A DNA stretch of 64,000 nucleotides, from positions 232,941,741 through 233,005,740 of the forward strand of contig CM041465.1 of assembly GCA_023213395.1 (NCBI GenBank). The letters are read 5' to 3'. Positions 40,501-54,433 of the stretch are shown one piece after another; within the stretch, counting starts at the first letter, position 1; each line of letters begins with the position of its first letter. The notes below the pieces were generated by a model. That model ran no database searches and was not told the DNA's origin. It saw only the letters and a program-made list of their open reading frames with translations. The stretch is from Cycas panzhihuaensis. Lineage: Eukaryota; Plantae; Cycadophyta. The translations under genes were made by a program, and so were the position numbers.

Positions 40501-41211
40501 CATTTTTTAATCATGAGCATAATACATGGTAATAGGGGAAAATTACGAAACGATTGATGGAGATGGTACTATTCAATATAATATTATTGTAAATAAAAGT
40601 TGGGATTGTTTACTGTAACAAAATTTCACCGAGGATATCTGATACACTCAGCAAATAAATTCTTCTGGCAGTATAGCTTCCTTTTGAGTGGCTATTCTGG
40701 CACCATTTTAGAGTCTAGCCCAAAGTAGGTATTATTTCGTTTTTCAAATATTTGTTGAATACATTGAGGCTTACATTGTAATTTGCTCCATTCTGGTTGC
40801 TTTCTCCTCCTGTGGCTTCTTTGGCTTAATTTTGCATGGACTTATTGAACATTCAACTTTTGCTTGTATTATAACTTTTGTGGGGGCTGTTATAGATTTT
40901 AATTTAAAGCAAGTGGAGTATTCCAAGTCTCAGTTGCACTGTTTCCTTTTGCGTTCATCCTAGAAATTATTTAAGCTTTAGATTGGATTGTGATTTTAAC
41001 GTGGCTGATTTATGCTTCAAGATGGGTGGTCACTGAGTTACTTTCTGAGGCTACTTCAATCTAGTTTGTATGTTCCTATTTTTTCTACAATCAAATGCAT
41101 CTGTTATTAATGAGTTTGGTAGAGCTTATGCTTTCTTGTTTGTTTCATTGAAAGATATAGAGGCTATCATTTTGTGTATTTTAACTGCCCTTCCTCTTCT
41201 CTGTCTTGCAG

Positions 41212-41547
41212 TTGCTAGCAGATTCACTTTCTTCAACATCACGCATTTTGCATCATTTTTTTTTCGTTGTATCAAAATTGCTAACCTCGGGTGAGAGTCC
41301 CACTAAAGATGTCTGCAACGAAAAAGGTGAAAGCCTGCCTTCCTCTTTATATTCCTCAAGTGGAGGATTTCTGCAGACTCCACCTTATTCTGTTACAGCA
41401 ACGCCAGTAATACTGGAAGATCCATCAAATGAACGGAATGAAAAGGCATGGAAGAAGTTTTGTGAATTACTTTCAGACAATATATGGCCACTTGTATTAA
41501 AATGCTTGAGAGAAGGGAAACTTGTAGTTCATGAAAAAGGTTATCAG
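41212..41547 (+). CDS. Internal coding exon of a host gene, probably a plant senataxin/SEN1-like helicase (At1g16800-type N-terminal region)
   Basis: Pyrimidine tract and TTGCAG acceptor; CAG|GTATGT donor; 336 bp, phase 0/0, open frame LLADSLSSTSRILHHFFFVVSKLL...GGFLQTP...AWKKFCELLSDNIWPLVLKCLREGK...YQ. The family identity is recalled from memory and the exon structure is more certain than the name. Confidence 0.7.
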
Positions 41548-43869
41548 GTATGTGTTACTATCTGCAGTTTGCAATTTCTGGCTTCCTTGTTTGGAATTTT
41601 CTCTCTTTGCCTAGATAGTTAGTTTCATGTTCCTTGTTTGTTATGGAAAATTATAAGTTTATGTTCTTTTATTTGTAATGGTTTTGGGAGCATGCTGTCT
41701 TTCTTCTTTTCCATAGTGCAAAATAGATTATTTGAGGCTTTTGATGAATGTTTTCCTTTCAAAAATATTAAGTGTATTATTATCACGAGACACAAGTTAA
41801 GTAGCTTGAAACATGGAAACGGAAATGGGGCACTGCGGAAAGATCCACACATATATGAAAAAAACTTATGTTAAATCATTATGTATTAAGAAAAATTAAA
41901 AAAAAAAACATAAATGGCAGCAAACATGCCAGAAATGTCCAGAAACAGCTAGAAACCATCTGGAAATGTTGGCCTGGCCTAAAAACAGCCTAGAAAAAGG
42001 CCCAAACTGTTTTTCGGGTGTTTCTGATGTGTTTTTATGTTTCAGAATTGCCAAACCACTGGCAAAGGGGACGTTTCCGGTAACTTGGGACACAAGTATA
42101 TGTATTGCATGGTTGATATGAGCCAAATCCACAAAATATATCATTTTTTGTTCCTGTTCAAGTGAATATTGAAGCATATCCATGTCATGAGACACAAGCG
42201 TGCCTATTGTATTGTTGACATGAGCCAAACTCACAAAATATACCATTTAAGCATTCCATGAGAATCTTATCATTCGCCCCATTAGACTCAGCTTGTTCAT
42301 ATGGGAAGGATGTGCAATCACCCATACTTGTGTGAAAGGGCTTACAATCTCAATGGGTTCATCAAGATTTTCTGCTAGAAAGCGTTTAAAAATATTATTT
42401 TTTTTCTGAATTGTTTAGATTTTGTAGTCTGAAAAGAAGTAATGGAGTACAAAGCTACTAATAAACTCATGCTAACAATTTAACACAATTTGAAAATTCT
42501 CTCCCTTGTCATTCTTAATTCTTTGTGTGAAGATGTTGATAAAGGAAAGTTGCATATCTAGTTGTTGCCATATCATTGGATTTTGAAGAAAATATGATTT
42601 CTAGGGTCATCAAAAGTAGTCTATGTTTTCTTGTGTCTCCCTTACTGTCAAAATCTATTTATGCAATAATCCATATGCGATATGCAATGACCCATATGCC
42701 AATATGCAATAGTCCATATTTTCCATTCCTTCCATGGAATTTGAACTATTGGAAATATTTACTTCCTAGTTAGAGGTAACAACTTACCAATTCTTTTGAA
42801 TAATAGCAATGCCTAAACAGATGTTCTATGTTTTTTTGAGTCATTTTTGATAGTGAGAGTTGTTTCATCCCACCCTTTTGTACATTTAATTTGTTAGCAA
42901 TGCTTGTCATGATTAACCAACATGAATGATTCAACTTGGATGATTGCTCACTTGAAATAAGAATTGCTTGAATGTTTTTTGGCTTTTGTTAGTGGAATGT
43001 TGTCCTCATGTAGATTGATCTAAGGTTGGCACAATAATTTTCACATGGTGTCATCCTTACCAAATTTTGATGATCCTTGTTACCATTCACATGTAGTATG
43101 TCTTAGTTTGCTTGTAACACTAAGCTCATTATTCACTAATCGTAGAGTATGCATACTTTTCATAGATTGCATGACATTTTCTTTTCATAGATTACTTGTA
43201 GATTTTAGTATGTAAGAAGAGGTTATGAATTTGGCCACAATCCATCGCTCGTCTATGTGGTAGTTTGTGCATTAGAATACAACATTGTGGCCATGGCTTG
43301 GCCTAGGGGTAAAGAAGGATTGATACATCTTGGCCTAGGTTGGGTAGAGGTTTGAGGTAAACGATGGGGATAACTGTAATTAATGTAGAGATGATCAATT
43401 TGGGTTTTTCCAATCGTGCATGTTGTCTTTGTAACAAAATAGGGGCTTAGTTAGGTCATTTGCATGCATCTTGGAAATGAGATTTGGATTTTGTTAAGGA
43501 GTTGTGCTTCTTGTGTTCCTTGGTTGCATCAAGTATTGGCTTGAGTTTGCTAGGTTGTCTCATCTGACAGTAGAAACGATTCTTCTTGGCTAGGTCAAAC
43601 CCATTGTTGGTGGCTTCATGAAGCTACCATTATGTTTTCTCCCTTTACTTACCTTCTAGAAACTTCTAACTTGCACTACCACTAGAACCCTTTTTACAAA
43701 CAAAAATTGGGTTCACGATACCCTTTCTTAAGATTGCTTTGCCCTTATAGTTCTATAAATTGGAGTATTGCTTCACAATATTATTTTCGCATGTTGCATC
43801 CTACTTCAATAGGTGTTTCTATTTGATTAGGCCTCTTGATGCTTGAGTCTTTTGTTTAGATCTTTCTCA

Positions 43870-44800
43870 GCCTTGTTATTATTTTTGCCACCTTCATCTA
43901 TTATGGGAAGAGCTTTGAGAATTGTTATTTGAGAATAGGGCGGAGGATCACTATAAATTGGTCAGTGAATATGACTTAGGGAGCTTGGCTAGCAAAGAAG
44001 ATGGAAGTCGACCAAAATAAGAATACGAGGTCTGTTAATGAACACTCTGAAGTTAGTCAGAAATAGTAATAATAATATCTACCATGAGTCGACTAGACTG
44101 CTAAATAAACATTAGGTAATGAAGTTGGCCAAACAAAAGGAAAGGAATGCTACAAGTTCTTGCCCCTAAAAACATGTTTTTCCCTCAAAGCATGGGTAAA
44201 CTTGGGTGCTAGCGATACCATTCCTCTGATTCCCATGTTGTGTTTTCTAGATTTAAGGTCTTCCATTTTATAAGATATTCTTGGATTTCTCTTGAATGTA
44301 GTCTCTTTATTTACATCTAGAGGATGCCTTCTGGTTTAATAATCACTTTGCCCTCTTCATCTAGTTCTGGTAATTCTATTTGAGGGGTGATGTCTTGCCC
44401 AGTTTATTGCTTAAGGCATGAGACATGAAGACATTATGGATTCAACTACCCTGCAGCAGTGCCAACCTGTATGCTACTTCTCCCAGTTTATTAGTGATTT
44501 GATATGGACCAAAAAATTAAGGTTCTAGTTTTTGCTTACTCGTTTGCCTCATAGTGGACTGTTTATACAGTTGGAGTCTTGAGAAAATCCAGTCTCCTAT
44601 TGAAAAAAATGATTTTGACATGTGTAAATTTGCATGTTGTTTCATTCACTTTCAGTATTCGAACTGCTTGCTCCATTTGTTCTTGTTGTTCTTGGATGGA
44701 TTGCATGCGTGAGACCATTGTCCATGTGAGGATCGATGGTGGTTCAAAGCCATAGAGTGCTTGCAATGGGGTCATCTTTTGTCGGAGTGTGATATGTGGT
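43870..44800 (-). mobile_element. Chromovirus 3' remnant (integrase tail/chromodomain, PPT, partial LTR ending at 44154)
   Basis: Homologous to 29511-29970; GGAATGCTACA terminus followed by the PPT complement; ORF 44563-44877 contains MTPLQALYGFEPP. The left boundary is approximate. Confidence 0.7.
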
Positions 44801-44931
44801 GTTATTGTTGCCTCTGGCATTTCCTGGTTAGAACAGACACTGCACCCTATGGGATACCTGTTAAAGCATGGATTCATATGGAATTCTGTGCTTTAATTGT
44901 TGATCTTGATGATAATTAGTGTCCTTAATCT

Positions 44932-45333
44932 GTTTTGATACTAGTTGAACCAGGCCCTTTTTCATAATAGTGGACAAATGTAGATTTTTTTAGCAGATAA
45001 TGGAGATATTTCTCATATATTCATAGCAGAAAATATTATGATTACAATGTTCAGTAGCATTGAACCCTCTTTGACGAGAGAGCAACCCTCTAACAGGCAT
45101 GGGGCCCTAATGGGATGAAGGTATTTTACTTAAGGTAATAAACTCTTCAAGATTATTTTACAAATGAATAAGGCTTCTCTATTTATAGCCTTTAAAACCA
45201 ACCTGTTAATTTTCTCTCCAAAAATCAACTTCATAAAATAAGATAAACAATTCTTTCTTTACTCCTAAAAGATGACTTCAAAATAATTTCTTTTTATAAA
45301 ATTGACTTCCTCTTTAATTTTAGGAATGCTACA
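44932..45333 (-). repeat. LTR of the element-B family in minus orientation, with degenerate PBS
   Basis: The reverse complement matches the element B LTR (TGTAGCATTCCTAAAAT...GGCTATAAATA...GAGGGTTGCTCT). Confidence 0.7.
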
Positions 45334-46229
45334 ATAACTTGACTAAGGAAGTATATTTGGAACAACCTCTTGGTTACATTTGACACGACAAAGAGGATCT
45401 GGTCTATTGCCTCAAAAAGGCCTTGTATGGTTTGAAGTGTGCGCCACATGCATTGTATTCTAAAATTGATGATTACTTTTTGAGACATGGCTTTCATCGA
45501 TCCTTATCAAATTCGAACATATATATTAAGGTTCGAAACGAGCATGTTGTTCTTGTCGTTTTGTATGTATATGATTTGATTATCATTAGGAATTGCTTGT
45601 AAATAGTTGAAAGTCTTCAAGGGAATCTTAAAGGAGTTTTGAGATGAATGATTTTGGACTTTTCACTATTTTCTTAGTATGGAGGTGTGGAAGTAGGCAG
45701 ACAACATCTTCATATCTCAAACCAAATATATATGGGACATTTTATAGAGGTTCAGAATGGATGATTGTAAGTCTTCACCTAACCCTATGGAGACTAGCAC
45801 CAAATCAACATTTGATGAGAAAGTTGAATCTATAGATTCCACTTTTTTTAAGCAATTAGTGGGTGTTCTAATCTATTTGACTAACATTAGACCTGATACT
45901 TTTTATGTTGTTGGAATCTATTTCAGATTTATGTCTTGGTTCAATCAGATACTTTAAATTGTTGTAAAACGGATACGTAGATATCAAAGAGGAACATTGT
46001 GGTGTGGGTTATGTTATACCTATAATGAGAACTTCACTCTAAAAGGGTTCTTAGATTCTGATTGGGCAAGTTGCCAAGATGGTAGGAGATCAACCTCAGG
46101 TTATTTTTTTAATCTTGGGTTAGTTTTTGTCTCGTGGAGTTGCAAAAAACAACCAAATATTACTCTTTCATCCGTAGAAGTAGAATATAAATTTGTTGTC
46201 AGTATAGGTTGTGGAGTTATCTGGCTATG

Positions 46230-49200
46230 TGATGAGTAGTTATAGTTATTTATTCTTTTTATTTCTTTATGTACAAATATTAGGGAACGCATGGATGACA
46301 AATGTCCATCACGCGGAACCCTCACTCATGTATTTAAATGGAGAATTATTTAATGGAAAGATATTGAAGTAATGTATTTCTCACTTTGGCTCTCTTCAAT
46401 CTGTTTCCCTCTTGATAGATATACATCAAATTGGTATCAGAGCCTTTAATGCTGCACAGAGTGCCATAGCCAAAGATTCTTCAAAGAACGAAATCTTGAA
46501 CGATTTCTATCCGTAAATCCTTTTTTGTCGCTCGTCTGTTGGAATGATTGCTCTCCTAAGAGCCGAAGTGATTACTTGTCTTCATATGCAAAGCGACATG
46601 AAAGAAGATCTGAAGCATTCATTCGTCAAAGGAAGAATCTGCGACAGTAGACAAATTGGAGTCTTGTTAATTTGCGTCGAGAAGAGTTGTGCGTAGTTGA
46701 AGTGAATTTTGCAACGAACGCCATTTGTAATTTTCTTCATTTCTTTCTTGATTCCATTGGGACACAAGAGATTGATTCGATTCAGAGGAAATTGGATTAT
46801 GGATTCAAGCAGTAGCCGTGCGCCCTTCTTGAAGCCCAACACGAAGTTTTTCACTCAACAATTGATAGAACCCTAATAAATGGGTATTCGTTTCGATCGT
46901 GATAGCCTGAAGAATCCACCTGTCAAATTTGGAAAGATCTCATTGATTGGTAAGCCCAAAAAATATTCTTGAAAATTTTGGTAGTCGCTCGGTCGTAACA
47001 GTTGAAAATAAATCTTTTTGATTTATTATGTTTTGTGACTTTGGTTTATTTAAAAAGGAATATTCTTAGAATATACCAAAGTGAATTTAATCTTAAAACT
47101 TTTGGTTACTTTCTTTTTGAATCAATTAAAGATATAAAAATCTTTTAGGGTTTATTTTATCCTTTTGGCCTTGTGGACACTGAGTATTAATTACTCATAT
47201 TTGCGGCTTAAAAAAAAAAAAACCAGAGAGAGAGGGTATATGACCTTAAGCCCTTTTTAGGCAAGCGTACCTCAAATTATTTAAATAGAAAGAGATTACG
47301 ACCATGGGCCCTTTTCAGGCAGGCGTATCTCAAATAGGAATATACTTTTTAGCATATGTATAAACGTGGGCATATAACCATAAGCCCTTTTTAGGCAGGC
47401 ATACCACACCAATTTTGTCTCAAGAAGAACAATCTTACCCAGATCTCTCAAAGCTTTTGGCACAAGAGCTGCGAGAACAAAGACAAGATTCACAGACCTT
47501 TCAGTAGAACCTAGTTAATAATATGATGACTATGTTCCAACAATTGCTACATCAACAAGTTGCTATGGCAATTCCTTTACTGCAACCACAATTTAAATTA
47601 GATGCTAAAATATCCATCCCACTTTTTGATGGAACACTAAATGCAGGCAAGTTGGATAATTGGCTCAGAAGCTTGGAAGTTTATTTCTAAGCTCAATAGC
47701 TAACAAAGCAATAGAAACCCATGGCTGCTAAAGTACACATGGCTGAACAAGCCTTGACTTGGTGGCAAACACATAGTAGGCAACAACCAATTTTTAATTA
47801 GGAGGCTTTTAAAGCAACCATTAAGGGGCGTTTTTACCCTCTTGGTTATCCTGATAACCTCACGAAACGATGGTTACACATTAGACAATTATTAGGATAA
47901 ACAATACAACAATATATTGATGAATTTTTGAAGCTTTACATCAAGCTGGAGGTCAATGATCTTGATCATCTCCTAAAACTCAAATTTATTGGAGGATTGT
48001 ATTCACATCTATAGCAAGAGATGGAACTACTTCAGATATTGACTTTAGAAGCAGCCTTCCAATTAGCTCTAAAAGTAGAAGCCAAACTGTAAAAATAGCC
48101 CAAGCCATTCACAGGACCTGCCACCATAATTTCGTCATCCAAAACACAACCAACACCACGCACACTGCGACTAACAAGTAGAAAATACTGCTCATTTCAC
48201 AAGTGCATAGGACATACAGATGCAGAATGTAGGGCACAACAAAAAAGAACACTTATGATTGTGCCACAAAGCGAGAAACCACAGCCAAAAGTCATCTCTT
48301 GCTAGTCCGGAGATACTCGATCCTAATTTAGTACTCATGGAAAAAGAGTACTCCACGCAAGGACGTGAAAAGCTATTCACTCATAATTGTCAGATCGAAG
48401 ATAGAATAGCATTCTGCATCATAGATAATGGCAGCATGAAAAACTTGATTTCTAAATCAATTGTAGATACTCTACAGCTGCCTACAAAGCCACATCCATG
48501 ACCATACCCTCTTGGTTGGGTCACTGCTAATGGGCAACCCACAATTATTGATTTTGTCTGCACAGTCACTTTTGCCATTCTGCCGCTCATAGATACTGTT
48601 GATTGTGATGTGACCCTAATGGACTGTAGTGGTTTACTTCTTGGTCGACCTTATTAGCATGACCGTCGGCACTCTATGGTGGGTATTATAATACCTATAT
48701 AATCCACAAAGATGGGAAAGCATACAAATTGACTACAACGACACTATCACCAACTGTTGTGACATTACGTTGAGGCAACCAAGCATCAAAGTTAGCACAT
48801 CCGTATCCATGATTCTTTGTATCATTCGTTAAGCAAAAACATGCAATTGTAACAAAGTTCCTGCAGCAACAATAAAGACTATTCTAGATACGTATATTGA
48901 TGTGTTTACTGAGCCAAAGGAACTGCCTCCACTTAGAGCAATTCAACACACCATTGATCTCTTGCCTGATGTAGCATTACCTAACCAATCTCCATATCGA
49001 GCCACATCGTTTACTAAAGATGAGCTTGAAAAACAATTGGCACAATTAATAGATGAAGGGAAACTGCAGCCTAGCTGCTCTCCTTGTGGGTTCCCAGCAA
49101 TTCTCATACCCAAAAAGTATAATGATTTGCGACTATGTATTAACTATCGGGCTCTCAATAAAGTAATAGTAAAAAATAAATACCCCCTACCACGTATAGA

Positions 49201-51844
49201 CGACTTGATTAGCTTCAAGGAGCTAAATACTTCTCCAAAATTCTCCAAAATCGATTTAACCTTTGACTATCATCAAGTTTGAATGGACACAAAGGATACC
49301 TGGAAGGCAACATTCATAAGACAACATGACTTATATGAGAGGCTTGTAATGCCCTTTGGACTTACAAATGCCCCTGCTACTTTCATGCAGCTTATCAACG
49401 ACATCTTCTGCCCGCATCTTGGTAAATTCGTTGTTGCTTATCTCGATGACATATTGATCTTTAGCAAGACCTTACAGGATCATCAAAAACATGTTGACAT
49501 AGTCTTGTCACTATTATGCCAACATCAGTTAAAGGCCAAGCTCAAAAAGTACTCCTTTAGCCAATCATCAATAACCTATCTTGGTTTTGTCATAAACGCC
49601 CAGGGCATTCGAGTAGACCCAGCAAAGGTTAAAATCGCCAAAGATTGGCCAACTCCTAGCAATCTTACATAGCTCAAAAGCTTCTTGGGTAGTGTCAACT
49701 TCCATCGAAAATTCATTCAACTTTTTTCCAGCATTGCACACCCATTGAATGTTCTAACTAGTAGGAAAAGGGAATTCATATTATGTCCTGAAGTTGAATT
49801 AGCATTTTAGAAACTTAAGGTTACCCTCTGCACAACTCTAGATCTCAATTTGCTCTAGGCGTAATACTTAAACAGGGAGGACATCCCATTGCCTACCACT
49901 CAAAAGCATTTTCGCAAAACAAGCTCAATTACAACACATATGACAAGGAGTTCTATGCCCTTGTACAAGCTCTTAAATACTGGCGACGTTTCCTATTGGG
50001 CAAAGAAACCATTGTTCACACAGATCATCAACCATTGCAGTTTTTCAACATCCAATCAAAGATTAAAGAGCGTAGGCATCTTAAGTGGGCATCTTATATA
50101 CAACAATTCAACCTCATTATCAAGTACAGAAAAGGAGCATCTAATGAAGTAGCAGATATTCTCAGTCGACCTCCAACATTGGCACTCACCACATGTCATA
50201 TAGATCCTCATTTTTGGCCTATTATGCAAGCGTTGGCAAATCCAACAACTACCAATCTGGAACCATACTTGGATTAACACATCGAGGATGATCAATTGTA
50301 CAGACTCGACAAACTCTGCGTACTTGACGGAGCACCTCGACAGTGGCTTCTTAAAGAAGCACCCTCATCATCATACAATGGCCATTTTGGAACTCAAAAG
50401 ACACTCCAATCTTTGCAATGATACTTTTATTGGCCATCCATACAAAAAATGGTCAATGCATACATTCAACGATGCTCCTTATGCAGTCAGTCTAAGCCAG
50501 CCAATAGGGAACTTGAGCTTTATCAATCATTACCAGTTCCAGCGTGACCTTGGGAATCAATTTCAATGGATTTCTTCAGTGGATTGCCCACCACTCAAGA
50601 TGGTAATGATTGCATCTTTGTTATTATATGTCGATTCTCAAAAATGGCCATATTCATACCATGCAAAAAGGAAATATCTACATCACAAGCTACCACACTA
50701 TTCTTCCAACATGTTTGGACACACTTTGGCTTGCCATTTTCTATCATTTTAGACAGGGATAGCCACTTTCTAATTCACTTCTGGTAATCCTTATGGAAAA
50801 TGCTCGGATGTTAGCTAAAGTTTTCTACATCCTTCCATCCACAAATAGATGGCCAAAGTGAAGTGGTTAATAGAATGTTGGTACAAGCTCTTAGAATTTC
50901 TTAGCATCATGATAAGCAATGGGATATGAATCTCCACCATCTTTAGCATAGCTACAATCGAGTAGTTCATCGATCGATAGGACATTCTCCATTTGAAGTT
51001 TGTTATGGATACCAGCCTCTAGCTTCATACAAAATTCCTTTAGCATTACCATCTCTAGCCACAAAGCATCAAGACAAAGAGCAACAAAAGGCCACAAGTT
51101 TCATGGAGCATCTTTCACATCTGCATACCTCAGTGCAACAGATACTTCATCAAACTCAGGAAAATTACAAGATTCAACATGATCAACATCGAGTCTCAAC
51201 TAGTTTCAACATTGGTGATAGAGTTTGGCTTCATTTGGATAGACATGGATTCAAAAATCATCAGAAGCTCAAACCAATAAGGCTTGGACCTTATGCCATT
51301 CTTCAACAAGTTGGCCCTAATGCTTATCGACTTGACTTACCAATACATTTAGGAATCCACAATGGCGTAAATGTCAACCAATTAAAGTTATACGAGTTGC
51401 CACAATTAGAAGTTGAACTCTCTGCCACACATCCATCAAATACAATTCCAAACTTTCAACCACCTCTGCAAAAAGATAGTTTGCTAGACACGGGACAATG
51501 GTGCACAACTCATCACCACTTACCTTATTGGCAAGAAAGGAACTCGACCCACCCAAGCCAAGTGGATATCTGAAGCAAATTTCCTTCACAATTTTCCCCA
51601 TCTTCAACAAAAATTAGGGACAATTTCTTCTCAACAAGGAGTAATTGATGAGTAGTTATAGTTATTCATTCTTTTTATGTCTTGATGTACAAATATTAGG
51701 GAACGCATGGACGACAAATGTCCATCATGCAAAACCCTCACTCATGTATTTAAACAGAGAATTATTCAATGGAAAGATATTAAAGTAATGGATTTCTTAC
51801 TTCGGCTCTCTTTAGTCCATTTCCCTCTTGATAGATATACATCA
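46230..51844 (+). mobile_element. Ty3/Gypsy element, CRM-like chromovirus lineage, with short 199-bp LTRs
   Basis: LTRs 46230-46428 and 51646-51844 (TGATG...CATCA); PBS TGGTATCAGAGCC; TSD CTATG/CTGCG. Protease IIDNGSMKNLIS...PTKPHP-PYPLGW is CRM-like; RT YLDDILIFS; INT MDFFSGLP. Confidence 0.9.
47520..51573 (+). pseudogene. CRM-like gag-pol (degenerate)
   Basis: ORFs from 48259 to 51573 cover PR, RT, RH, INT and the GPY motif. Confidence 0.88.
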
Positions 51845-52599
51845 CTGCGACAATTTTTTGAGGAGCTTGGACTTAAGTAAATTCACCCCACCAAGCTGCA
51901 TTGTGATAATTGAATCATGCTCAAGTGAACCACAAATCCAGTTTTTCATGCAAGAATAAAGCATATAGAGGTTTTTCACCATTTTATTAGAGAGCATGTT
52001 TAGGATGGTGAGATTGACCTCGTCTATAAGCCAATAGATCAATAGCTTGTAGATATCTTTACGAAAGGGCTTGGTAGAGAGAAGTTTAAATATTTTAGGG
52101 ATGGCCTTGGAGTTGATTTAATGATGTAAACATTAAGGGGGGGTGGGGGGTGGTGTTACAACACTTTTATGTTTCATATTTAGGTCATGTATTATTTATG
52201 CACTTTACACTTAAATATGTAATATGTACCTTTCCTAGTGATGTAACTTTAAGCCCTAACTTTGGAATATGTGGGTCAGAGACCCCTTTTCCTCTCTTTG
52301 AGTGGTCAAATGTAAGTATGTACCAGTCCATGCATGTTTGACATTTGTTAATCATGCAAAGATCCTAAGGGGAGCTCTTTCATCTATATAATGAGACCAT
52401 TCTCTCTTGTATAGCATATAGTGGGAGATGAGGGTATTGCTATGTTATCATTTCAATACTAGAGATATTGAGATGTAGAATAATTCTATTTCCTCCATTG
52501 TTAGTATGCTTAATGTGCAAATGTGATATTTCTTGTGTAGCTTTACTCATCTCTCTTTTCCTCGTTTTTCCTAATTAGATTCATTTTCATCAAGCTAGT

Positions 52600-54050
52600 C
52601 ATGTCGCTCCTTCGAGTGCCATCTAAAAGTTTACCATCTTATTGAAGGGTGCCTCTTATCATGTTAAAATTTCCATATACCATGTACGAAAAATCTAATA
52701 AATTTGAGCTAAGCCAACACCAAAGCATGGCTCTATGTTTGGGTAAATTCAGCGCATACACATTGAGGATTCCTAACAACCTATTCTCAAGATTGATAAC
52801 AATCTAGATGCATCTATTATGGGATCTAAGCCAAGCATGATCACGTTCTGGCCCCACTAAGACCTACACAATGTGATAGCACCACGTCATCCTTCATTGT
52901 GGGTCATGTTAAACGAGACACAATCATTCCATATGTAAGAAGCTATAAAATTAAGATGACTGCTAGAGCACTCGACTTCCTGGAGACATAGTACGTCAAG
53001 CCCAACAAAATTTTTACCAAATCTTTTGACCATTATTCACCTAAACTAGTCAAAAAGTTCCAAGTCCCCTGGCATTCCAACTAACGATGTTCATCATTAT
53101 TATCTTCTATTTCTATACTGACAACCTCTTTGTCTAGATTGGGACCTAAAAGGACAAACTTATTTGACTCCGATGAACTACTAGAGAATTTGGGATGTTT
53201 GATGACAGGGTCAAAGAAGGCTTTAATAGAAACTTCCCCCTTTTCTTCATCTGTCTTACTCTTGGCCCTTGGCTTTTTCGAAATATCTCAAGGGGAAACA
53301 AGCTTAGGGGTGATGGGTGGTAGATTGACAAGGGCCTTTCCAACAACTTTGTTCTTCTGTTTCTTAATGATGTTAGTCACTTTCTCTTTCACTTTGCCAT
53401 TTGGCGTGCCCTGGGCTTGGGACTTGGTCATAGCTTATTAATTCTTTAGCTTGGTTTTCTTACTTGCCACCTCTTTATTTTGTACTTCAATCCAATCGTT
53501 GGAATTTTCAACCATGGGGTTTGGGCTTTTAGTTTTAGCTAGGCTTTTGGGCTCAATGAGTTTATCCAAAAGGCAATCCTTCACCTTGTGCGTGCTCATG
53601 TGAATGACACCTAAAACATGCATTGTAGATGTTAAGATATAAAACTTTTTGCTTGAACACAACTTCCCCACACTAGACTTGGATACAATTTGGAAAATCC
53701 TTAATAGATCCACCCTAACATAGGCTCTTATGTTCATCCTAAAGGAGTATTCTCAGTGTGGCTCCTGAGAAACAAAGTCAAGCAATGGTTGGGTAAGCTC
53801 TTTTATGAATGGCAAAAAATGCATGGGAAGGTTGGGGAATTCAACCTACACTAGGCATTCAAATGCTACATCCTAGTCAATTGAGAAGTGATGATCCTAA
53901 TGATTAAACATCACTTGGTTTCTTCTACACATCCAAGGACCCCTTAATAGAGCTTGCTAAGACACTTTAGGTGATTGACAAATAAAAGAGAATAAACCTT
54001 TTGTGAGGTTTCTAATGGATATAATCTTCCATTAGAAGATTTTAGTGGCA
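52600..54050 (-). mobile_element. L1-type LINE fragment: ORF1 plus the start of the ORF2 endonuclease
   Basis: The minus strand reads LLRGPW and V*VEFPNLP (ORF1), then IVSWNARGLG, LCLQEV, NVYA and GNFN (APE endonuclease). Confidence 0.8.
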
Positions 54051-54074
54051 GACTTAGTCTACTACCTAATAATT

Positions 54075-54433
54075 ATCGCAAGCCTAATGTGAAGTTGGTT
54101 TTAAGAGAGGGAATAAATAAGCCCTAGCCTATGGTTATAAATAAGGGAGCCCTAATTATTTGTCATCATCTTTGGAATATTATTTGTGTTATTGACACAA
54201 TGGATTAAAGTCATTGTGGCACTACAATGCCTTGCGAGGATCCCCCTAGCCTTGAAGAGGGCTACCATTCTAAAAATTTCATCTAGTAACTTGTATTTTT
54301 GAAATATTATTGCATTGTAAATTTGGTATTATGTTGTTATTCCATTGGGTGGATTGTTTCATTTTGATATTTTGGTTTATTATTGAATTTCTATCACTAG
54401 ATATTATGTGCATGCCACAATTGGTGAAAGAGC
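54075..54433 (+). repeat. Degenerate LTR of the element-A family with PBS remnant
   Basis: Blocks shared with 21558-22035; ends GCCACA followed by TGGTGAAAGAGC. Confidence 0.55.

Larger units (their letters stand above)
45334..52592 (+). mobile_element. 5'-truncated Copia (RT-RH, PPT, 3' LTR ~52154-52592), split by a Gypsy
   Basis: GFLDSDWASCQDGRRSTSGY and SSVEVEY; the frame resumes after 51844 (IFTKGL); G-rich PPT at 52135-52150. Confidence 0.82.

Noticed and set aside
41900-42250. MITE-like segment and a ~60-bp imperfect direct repeat downstream of the exon
   Set aside because: No matching terminal inverted repeat pair or TSD could be defined.
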